Assembly: GCA_030594795.1 (NCBI GenBank)
Contig: JAUVEK010000001.1
Span: 1 to 29,243, forward strand
Source: Candidatus Nanohalarchaeota archaeon
Lineage (GTDB): Archaea; EX4484-52; B79-G9
Reading direction: 5' to 3'
DNA length: 29,243 nt
Shown: one piece after another, positions 1 to 6,664 of the stretch
Numbering within the stretch: the stretch's first letter is position 1
Layout: the number at the start of each line of letters is the position of its first letter
Made by a program: the position numbers and the translations under genes
Notes under the pieces: generated by a model
Database searches by the model: none
What the model saw: the letters and a program-made list of their open reading frames with translations, nothing else
What the model was told of the DNA's origin: nothing

Positions 1-1779
1 TTGAGTAATACGCAAACGGATGCACTCATAACCATGAAATCACTGGTTGTCTCTTTAGTGCCAGGCACACTTCCGACGGTTCTTGACCTTACGGCTTCGA
101 CTAAAAAAGATGTCAAAGTGAGGGTGGTTTACCAGGGAGAACCTGCAGAGAATCTGGATCTGGATAATTTTGATGTTTACCTGGAAAGAGAGGATGGTGA
201 AAGGACAGCCGATCTGGTGGACCTGGAGGGATTTACGTATAATGAGGGTGATGGATATTATGTTGTTCCTATAAATATATTGCAGCAGGACCCCGGGAAT
301 TATGAGCTGAAAATAGCTGTATGGTACTCGGGGGTTGGTGAGGTTATACTTACTGCTGCAGATGTCAGGTTTGTGCTGGCGTTCCAGGGGCAACTGGTGG
401 ATTCAAACGGCAATGTTGTTTCTGCAAGTATTGTGCTGAAGAATAATGAGACAGAAATACCTTTTGTAACAGATGGTACTGGGAAGTACAATGTGCCTAT
501 TTGTGCTGATACTTATGATATTGCTATGCGTTTCCCGGAGGTGTGGAGGGTAGAACTAACCGGAGTTGAGATATGCAGCAATACTATTGATTCTATAAAT
601 TATGATTATTTTTCAGGCAATCCTGAGATTGAGGGTCTGACTGTGGCAAAACTAGTGGTTCTTGAGTTTGGGCTGCCGTTTGAGGAGGCGTATCTTGAGA
701 TACCGTATGCCGGCGGAGCTGTTGAAAAAGAAGAGAATATTGAGACGTATGAGTGTACGAAGTGGAATTTCGATACGAGGAAGTGTTATGGTGAATGGAG
801 GGAAGTGTCTAGTGTTATCAATATCGTAAGAGATCTAGTTTCTTTTAAAACAAACAGGCTGTCTGCTTTTGTTATTGGGGAGCGGCGCGGATTATGGCTG
901 GATGCGGCGCTTGACAAAGAAGATTATTTTGCCAAAGAAAGAATGACTCTGACTGGCAAGGTCGTAGATACAAAAAGTGTTGACATTGTGGGTGTTGACA
1001 TATATTTCACTGTTGAGGGTACTGATATCTCCGGGAAAACAACATCTGGCGACGGAGGTATTTTCACGGCCATATTGTCTGCACCAGATGACGGCGGGAC
1101 ATACAATATTATAGCAAATGCGAAAAAGAGCCCGTATATTTCTCATAACATGACCTATAAGTTCGAGGTTACCAGAAAGAAAGAAGTCAACCTGCAGGTC
1201 CCTGAGACAGTGGACATCAAACTGAATGAAAGCTCGACTGTGAAGCTGACTGTGTTTAACACAGGCCAGACAGAACTCACTAATGTTAAATTGAGCATTT
1301 CAGGGCTGAAGGACACCTGGTATAAACTGGAACCTGCGATTTTCGAGAGCATTCCTGCCGGTGAAAGAAAAAATGTAGATTTGAATGTACACATACCTGC
1401 TGAGGATTGTGAAAGTGGGAATTGCGAAAAATATTATTTTGTAAATGTTGATTTTAAATCAAATGAAATAACTGAGAAAACAGCGTTTACAGCGAAGATC
1501 AAGACAAATGAGTCTTTTGAAGGGAGCGTACCTGAACCTGAGGAGGCGCAGTCTTTTACATTGCCGGATATGACCGGCCTTGTTTCACTGGGAAGTGCAG
1601 GAAAAACAAATATGTATCTGTCGCTTTTCTTTATTGCGGCAGCATTTGTTGTCATAACAATAAAAAAGAGACAAAGAAGAGGAGGAAAAAGTGCAGGATC
1701 CAGGTATATCCGTATGCCAAAACATGGTAGTGTTTCTGCAATAAACACCTTAAAGGCACGGTTTAGCCGGAGGAGATAA
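1..1779 (+). CDS. Large membrane-anchored multi-Ig-domain surface protein, paralog A (5'-truncated by the window edge)
   Basis: Open frame from base 1. Beta-rich repeats include a carboxypeptidase-regulatory/Cna-like domain (QGQLVDSNG..TDGTGKYNV..DTYDI), a CxxWN..C module, an MG2-like Ig (LDKEDY..LTGKVVD) and a NEW3/CARDB-like Ig (VFNTGQTELTNVKLSISGL..W). These are followed by a Pro/Glu linker, a C-terminal TM helix and a basic tail (KKRQRR). Colinear with 6665..9136 from about residue 225 of that protein onward. Confidence 0.8.
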   Translation: MSNTQTDALITMKSLVVSLVPGTLPTVLDLTASTKKDVKVRVVYQGEPAENLDLDNFDVYLEREDGERTADLVDLEGFTYNEGDGYYVVPINILQQDPGNYELKIAVWYSGVGEVILTAADVRFVLAFQGQLVDSNGNVVSASIVLKNNETEIPFVTDGTGKYNVPICADTYDIAMRFPEVWRVELTGVEICSNTIDSINYDYFSGNPEIEGLTVAKLVVLEFGLPFEEAYLEIPYAGGAVEKEENIETYECTKWNFDTRKCYGEWREVSSVINIVRDLVSFKTNRLSAFVIGERRGLWLDAALDKEDYFAKERMTLTGKVVDTKSVDIVGVDIYFTVEGTDISGKTTSGDGGIFTAILSAPDDGGTYNIIANAKKSPYISHNMTYKFEVTRKKEVNLQVPETVDIKLNESSTVKLTVFNTGQTELTNVKLSISGLKDTWYKLEPAIFESIPAGERKNVDLNVHIPAEDCESGNCEKYYFVNVDFKSNEITEKTAFTAKIKTNESFEGSVPEPEEAQSFTLPDMTGLVSLGSAGKTNMYLSLFFIAAAFVVITIKKRQRRGGKSAGSRYIRMPKHGSVSAINTLKARFSRRR

Positions 1780-1820
1780 AGGTTGCCTGAATCTCGCACT
1801 CTTTTGCATCCAAATAAAAA

Positions 1821-1846
1821 AAATAACGGAAATTAATCCGTTATTT
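1821..1846 (-). terminator. Intrinsic terminator-like hairpin between convergent genes
   Basis: Perfect 10-bp inverted repeat AAATAACGGA-aattaa-TCCGTTATTT. On the minus strand it is followed by a T-run (A-run at about 1813-1823 on +), just downstream of the 1854 stop. Confidence 0.65.
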
Positions 1847-1853
1847 ATTTGGT

Positions 1854-2852
1854 TTATTCGCTGCTCTGTGCTATTACAGTAAGGTATCCTGGTTTTACAT
1901 CACCCAATGCAGTACCGAACGGGACTCTCATTTCAATGTTCATTGCCATCGAGTCTCCTGGAAACAGTTTTGTACTTGTGCTGTTGTAGGTATAGCCGCT
2001 GCCGCTCAGGCCGCATGTGCCTGCGCCTGGTGCATCTGCATTCCATCTGAATATCCTCACTTTGCTGCAGTCAATGTATGCTGCGACACAGTAGTCGGAA
2101 CTTGGGGTGTCGATCGAGATTACACCAGTTCCATCTGATGAATAACTCCAGTTTGCATTAAATCCGCTATCGTACATCGCTCCAAAATTAAAGGTTTCTA
2201 CACTTGCACCTGCCAGGTCAATTGTACCTGTTTGCGTCTGGTTATGGGCGACAGTACCTATTGTAAACGTAAGTGTCCCTGATGATGCATTGCACTGGGT
2301 TGTGTCTCCATGTAGTGCCCAAAAGTATTCATTATGGCCGGACCTCAGCCTTCCGTAAGATTTTGTGTTTGCAGGCAGGTTCAGATAAACAAGTTCCCTG
2401 GTTTCGTTGTATTCCAGCCGGTCTATAAACGACATTGCGTTTTGAGTGATTGCGCCGCCGTCCGGGCTCACGTTTATCTCTGCGGCAATAAAGTTTGCAG
2501 CATCGTAGTTGTCGCTGTCTCCTGTTGCAAACGGTCTTACTTTGGGCTGTGTAACATTCAGCCAGAGATTGGTTATATTTGTTGAGCCAATGTTTTCCAG
2601 CTGAAAGCCTGTTCTGCTAATGCCAACTAACTCGTTATTCGTATAGTTGGCTATCCTGGTTCCCGGGTCAGCTACACCGAAACTCATATTATTCGGTGAA
2701 ATATCTATCATTGTTTTTGTGTTCAGGGTTATTGTTATTGTTGCATTGTCTGTTACGTTTATTGCGGTCCCTGACGGGAGATCTGCATTCCAAAACAATG
2801 CTGCAGCAATTACCACTATCCCTAAAATACTTACTAATTTTCTCTCTTCCAT
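1854..2852 (-). CDS. Secreted beta-sandwich protein, putative filament subunit (TasA/AbpA-like), paralog 1
   Basis: N-terminal hydrophobic signal and no C-terminal TM. Motifs IDISPxxMSFGxxDPG, FQLENIGSTNITNLWLN and LFPG..VPFG..G.LTVIAQ. Has 4 Cys, 12 N-x-S/T sequons and a strong SD (GGAGGAGATAAAATG). Confidence 0.7.
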   Translation of the reverse strand: MEERKLVSILGIVVIAAALFWNADLPSGTAINVTDNATITITLNTKTMIDISPNNMSFGVADPGTRIANYTNNELVGISRTGFQLENIGSTNITNLWLNVTQPKVRPFATGDSDNYDAANFIAAEINVSPDGGAITQNAMSFIDRLEYNETRELVYLNLPANTKSYGRLRSGHNEYFWALHGDTTQCNASSGTLTFTIGTVAHNQTQTGTIDLAGASVETFNFGAMYDSGFNANWSYSSDGTGVISIDTPSSDYCVAAYIDCSKVRIFRWNADAPGAGTCGLSGSGYTYNSTSTKLFPGDSMAMNIEMRVPFGTALGDVKPGYLTVIAQSSE

Positions 2853-2882
2853 TTTATCTCCTCCTTTTATTTAAATTTAAGA

Positions 2883-2901
2883 GCACTTTTTTCAAAAGTG
2901 C
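2883..2901. promoter_or_regulatory. Palindrome between the two paralogous subunit genes
   Basis: GCACTTTT-ttc-AAAAGTGC, a perfect 8-bp inverted repeat 30-50 nt upstream of the 2852 start. Could be an operator or an mRNA hairpin. Confidence 0.35.
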
Positions 2902-2958
2902 ATGATTAATATACACCTGATTTTTGGCTTAAATTTTCGTTTTGTTTTTCATCCCCAG

Positions 2959-3918
2959 TTATTCATTGCTTACATAAATGGTCAACAGACCGTTTTTTAT
3001 AGCACCCATGGGTACCCCGTATGGTACATATACTTTTATATTCCCTTTAGATACATTACCGGGGAATAAAGCATTGGTTGTCGAATTCATAAAATAGCCT
3101 ATATCTTTACAAACATTTCCTCCCGAACCAGGTATATCTGCATTCCACCTGCTAAACACTACTTTGCTGCAGTCATCCGGCACACTGACGCAGTAATTTG
3201 CGCCGCCGGAATCGGGAAATGTTGCGTTGGTTGCGCTCCAGCCAACTCCGGTTGCTACCAGCACGAGAGATGATGGATTAGCGTCGCTTAAATCAACGTC
3301 TCCTGTATCATCTTTTGTATGCGGAGTGCCGCTGTAATAGAATGTTCCTTCGGAACAGTTACCTACTGCGCTAGCTATAATGGCCCAGAAATACTCATAT
3401 GAGGCATTTCTGAATCTTCCGAAGATATCGCCGTTTGAAAAGTCAAAACCGCCTGGAGGCGTTACATATAATGTATCATCATCTGTTCTTGGATACTCTA
3501 CCCTGTTTGGAAAATAGTAAGTACCTGTGCTTTCGCTTGAAACAACTACGAAATTTCCTGCGTCGTAAGCTTCGGGATTGCCTGAACCAAATGGCCTTTG
3601 TGATGGATATGTGCTGTTGAACCAGATTTTCGTTATATTTGTTGAACCGATATTTTCTATCCATATGCCACTATAATTACCTATGTTCTCATCATCACTG
3701 TCGCCAACACTGCCGGGGTCAAGCGGGCCATAGGAAAGGTTGCTTGGGTTAATATCAACCATGCTCTTTTCTGAAATATCGATAGAAATAGTTATTGTAT
3801 CGTTTCCTTTGAATTGTGCAAATCCGCTGTCTGTGTGACTGAATAGAGAAATAGATAATAAAACTATGATTAAGATTACAGCGTTAGACAGACGTACTAT
3901 TGTTCTCTCTCCCTTCAT
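2959..3918 (-). CDS. Secreted beta-sandwich protein, putative filament subunit (TasA/AbpA-like), paralog 2
   Basis: Signal peptide. Shares ENIGSTNIT, RPF.G...YDA.NF, EYFWA, YCV....CSK, RWNAD.PG and LFPG..VP.G motifs and all 4 Cys with 1854..2852. Has 10 sequons and SD GGGGAGATAAAATG. Confidence 0.7.
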   Translation of the reverse strand: MKGERTIVRLSNAVILIIVLLSISLFSHTDSGFAQFKGNDTITISIDISEKSMVDINPSNLSYGPLDPGSVGDSDDENIGNYSGIWIENIGSTNITKIWFNSTYPSQRPFGSGNPEAYDAGNFVVVSSESTGTYYFPNRVEYPRTDDDTLYVTPPGGFDFSNGDIFGRFRNASYEYFWAIIASAVGNCSEGTFYYSGTPHTKDDTGDVDLSDANPSSLVLVATGVGWSATNATFPDSGGANYCVSVPDDCSKVVFSRWNADIPGSGGNVCKDIGYFMNSTTNALFPGNVSKGNIKVYVPYGVPMGAIKNGLLTIYVSNE

Positions 3919-3941
3919 TTTATCTCCCCTACATCGAATCC

Positions 3942-4017
3942 GGCTGAGAAATCAGCCTCACACCAGATGATGAATACAATGGTTCCCTAAACCATTATAT
4001 ACGGTTCTTTATTTATA
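3942..4017 (-). promoter_or_regulatory. TATA box and structured 5' leader of the 3918 gene
   Basis: TATAAATA on the minus strand at 4010-4017 (alternative TATATAA at 3995-4001). Hairpins AATGGTT/AACCATT at 3978-3996 and GGCTGA/TCAGCC at 3942-3957 lie upstream of the SD. Confidence 0.45.
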
Positions 4018-4410
4018 TTGCAATTGATTTTATGTTGTAGTATTGCTGTTGTAGTGTAATATCTTGGTATATCACATATATAAAGATTTTGATGTGTCGA
4101 ATATATATTTTGGAGTTTGGAATTTTTCGCATGAAGACAGACTAATTTCGCATACATTATTGCGTTTTTGTGAATATTCTGTGCTTGTGAAGGGTTTCAA
4201 GGATACCGGTGATTTTTGCCAGGCGCATGTCGATTTCACATATCTGCTCATAATTACTGGAACTGCACCAAAATATGATTGGTAAATTACATAATTACTC
4301 ATGAAGTCAAAATATCGTATTGTTTTGAAACTCGTTTTATGAATTGAGTTTTAGTCACCAACCGTAAGGCGGATAAAGCCTAAATACTAAAAATCCAGAT
4401 GCAGTCAGTG

Positions 4411-4706
4411 CATTTTTCAAGCTTCCTTTCGCACGAATAACACAGAGAAAGTTAGGAAATGATGAAATTTTCCAAGAATTGATACATTTCAACCTTTTTA
4501 ATTGCTTGATACACTTGAGGATGCAATGAAAAATGCACTCAATGAATTAAATTTTCGCTGATTTTATTGTTGGTTCATACGTTATACACAATAAAAAATC
4601 ATGAAATCTACATGATGTTGGGGGATTTCAAGCTTTTTTATTATCGGTTCAGACTTGAGATACAATAAAAAATCATGAAATCCACTATGCTTATCCGATT
4701 TTAAGC
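4411..4706 (+). repeat. Degenerate tandem array of about 59-bp imperfect palindromes with 65-74 bp period
   Basis: ACAATAAAAAATCATGAAATC is exact at 4588-4608 and 4662-4682. 4562-4608 vs 4636-4682 are 40/47 identical. The counter-arm TTTCAAGCTT/TTTCAACCTT occurs at 4415, 4487 and 4626, with degenerate copies at about 4553 and 4699. Confidence 0.7.
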
Positions 4707-4726
4707 AAATTCTCCTATGGATAGTA

Positions 4727-4735
4727 TTATAAATA
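4727..4735 (+). promoter_or_regulatory. TATA box of the transglutaminase-like gene
   Basis: TTATAAATA 30-40 nt upstream of the GTG/ATG starts at 4764/4767/4773. Confidence 0.45.
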
Positions 4736-4763
4736 TATCGTCACATATATTCATTACTGTAAC

Positions 4764-5447
4764 GTGATGAAGATGATTGGAAAAAACACTTGTTTAGTCT
4801 TTTCCTGTATATGTATTGTGCTAGTATTAATTGTGTTAAGCAGCAGTACAACAATTGCTAAGCCTTCGAGCAATTTAATAACCACGAATTCATTTTACGT
4901 CCCACCAGATACATACCCTCATCTGGAAGATAAAATTATATTTAATTCCTATGTTGGACAATTTCATAAAATCGACTGCATTGATTACAAAGAATTAAGA
5001 AACTTGTTAAAGTCAACTCCGATGATCGAAGAGCTTTCCTATAACTTAACCTCCAATCTTGAAAATGAATTCGACATAGTTTACGCATTACACCAATTTG
5101 TATACAAAAGCATAAAATATGAAGTAACAGATGGAAATCTTAATCCTGACCAGATATTAATGGAAAAACGAGGAGACTGCTCAGAAAAGTCATTATTATT
5201 GGTAAGTCTGCTGGACGCAAGAGGAATAAAAGCCTATGTAGCAGACGGATACGAACATCGGTATGTTTTCGTAAAAATAAACGGTTCATGGATGCCTCTC
5301 GATGCAACGCATGACTTTTATTTTGCTTATCAAAACTGGAATAAAACACCTGTTTCAATGCACTATAACTCAGAAAAAAAATTTCAGCCATTTATGTTCA
5401 ACAAAACAGCAACAATTTTTAATGAAGACTGGTGTTCAATCGGGTAA
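4764..5447 (+). CDS. Secreted or membrane-tethered transglutaminase-like (Transglut_core) cysteine enzyme
   Basis: N-terminal hydrophobic segment. Triad motifs GDCSEKSLLLVSLL (Cys), EHRYVFV (His) and W.PLDAT (Asp). Exact start uncertain (4764/4767/4773). Confidence 0.8.
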   Translation: MMKMIGKNTCLVFSCICIVLVLIVLSSSTTIAKPSSNLITTNSFYVPPDTYPHLEDKIIFNSYVGQFHKIDCIDYKELRNLLKSTPMIEELSYNLTSNLENEFDIVYALHQFVYKSIKYEVTDGNLNPDQILMEKRGDCSEKSLLLVSLLDARGIKAYVADGYEHRYVFVKINGSWMPLDATHDFYFAYQNWNKTPVSMHYNSEKKFQPFMFNKTATIFNEDWCSIG

Positions 5448-5489
5448 TGCTGCTGCTCTTTTATTTCTCTTTAAACCAGTGGAATATAT

Positions 5490-5640
5490 AGTGCTATAGT
5501 GATATGTCAATATAATAAATATATGCAGTATATTTAATATCCTACATATATAATATATCTTAAATATAATCTTCATCTAAATTATAGTAATATATTTAAA
5601 CAACGAGAGTCAATATAATAGATCATATTCAGATATCCAT
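5490..5640. promoter_or_regulatory. Very AT-rich upstream region with direct repeats
   Basis: GTCAATATAATA at 5506-5517 and 5609-5620. TATATTTAA at 5529-5537 and 5591-5599. Confidence 0.4.
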
Positions 5641-5670
5641 ATTCTAAAATAGGGAGAAACAGGAGATAAT

Positions 5671-5901
5671 ATGATTGAAATGCAGGGTATTTCATTGGAC
5701 AAGGTAGATGAATTAATACAGGCAACACTGAGGGAATCGAAAAAACCTCTTTCTACTTATGAAATTGCCAAACATGCACCTCTTTCATGGTCTACTGCTA
5801 ATACTCACTGCTATAAACTGAAGTCTTTTGGAATACTCGAAGGGAAATACGAAGAGGCAAGAATAGGAATCAAAAGAATAATCTGGTGGTTAAAAGAATG
5901 A
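5671..5901 (+). CDS. Small winged helix-turn-helix protein
   Basis: Pattern PLSTYEIAKHAPLSWSTANTHCYKLKSFGILEG plus wing. SD AGGAG. ATGA overlap with minD. Confidence 0.75.
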   Translation: MIEMQGISLDKVDELIQATLRESKKPLSTYEIAKHAPLSWSTANTHCYKLKSFGILEGKYEEARIGIKRIIWWLKE

Positions 5902-6662
5902 CATCAAGAATCATAAGTATCGTTTCAGGAAAAGGAGGAGTCGGAAAAACAGTAACCACTATAAACCTTGGTTTAGCTTTGCATCAGCTTGGCGAGAATG
6001 TCACAATTGTTGATGCAGATACAACTGTTGCCAATCTGGGTCTCCAGATGGGCATTTATTCTTTCCCCGCCACACTTCAGGATGTTTTGAGGGGAACTGA
6101 AAACATAAATAAGGCAATATATACCCATCCACTGGGTCTGAAGATAATACCGTCTTCCATATCCCTGGATTCCATCAATGCAGACTTATCTAAATTAAAG
6201 CACGTGCTAAACGACTTAGATGGGCTTGTACTCCTTGATTCCCCACCGGGTTTAAGCACTGACGCGCTCTCAGTCCTTAATGCCTCTGACGAAGTTATAA
6301 TTGTATCCACACCAGAACTGCAGACAATGGCAAATGCACTCAAAGTAGCAAGAGTTGCCTTAAGCATGGAAAAATTAGTACTCGGAATTATCATTAACAG
6401 GTACAGCAACGAAAAATATGAGATGAATCCCACAGAAATCATGACAATGTGCGATGCACCGATATTATCCAAAATACCTGAAGACATTAACGTAAAAAGA
6501 AGCCTGTTTGAAAAAACACCAATAATATCTCACACTCCGTTTTCACCATCCTCAATCGAATTCCAAAAGCTCGCGTGTGACCTCACAGGTCAAAAGTACA
6601 AACCTCCCAAGAATATACTTTTGAAAAAATTTGTTGCAAGAATTAAAACCATGATGGGATAA
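5898..6662 (+). CDS. minD: Archaeal MinD/ParA-family P-loop ATPase
   Basis: Deviant Walker A SGKGGVGKT, DAD, D.PPG, IINR and PFSPSSIEFQKLA, plus a C-terminal amphipathic helix (LLKKFVARIKTMMG). Start placed at ATG 5898, overlapping the wHTH stop. Confidence 0.9.
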   Translation: MTSRIISIVSGKGGVGKTVTTINLGLALHQLGENVTIVDADTTVANLGLQMGIYSFPATLQDVLRGTENINKAIYTHPLGLKIIPSSISLDSINADLSKLKHVLNDLDGLVLLDSPPGLSTDALSVLNASDEVIIVSTPELQTMANALKVARVALSMEKLVLGIIINRYSNEKYEMNPTEIMTMCDAPILSKIPEDINVKRSLFEKTPIISHTPFSPSSIEFQKLACDLTGQKYKPPKNILLKKFVARIKTMMG

Positions 6663-6664
6663 AT

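Noticed and set aside
841-890. TNRLSAF / TEALSAF as a GPS/ZU5-like H-x-S autoproteolysis site
   Set aside because: The strand position is suggestive, but the catalytic His is replaced by Arg or Ala in both paralogs. No cleavage is claimed.
1821-1846. 10-6-10 palindrome as a dif/Xer site
   Set aside because: The inner arm ends are CGGA/TCCG rather than ATAA/TTAT. Its position between convergent genes with an adjacent T-run fits a terminator.
4064-4302. Overlapping 73-aa (+) and 76-aa (-) ORFs, and a third-frame fragment EIDMRLAKITGILETL
   Set aside because: No recognisable motif, SD or promoter geometry favours any frame. Possibly a decayed gene, so not annotated.
4411-4706. Repeat array as a CRISPR array or integron attC array
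   Set aside because: The conserved part (47-59 bp) is too long and the variable part (about 15 bp) too short for CRISPR. There are few copies, they are degenerate, and no cas gene is present. The units lack the RYYYAAC/GTTRRRY ends of attC and enclose no cassettes.
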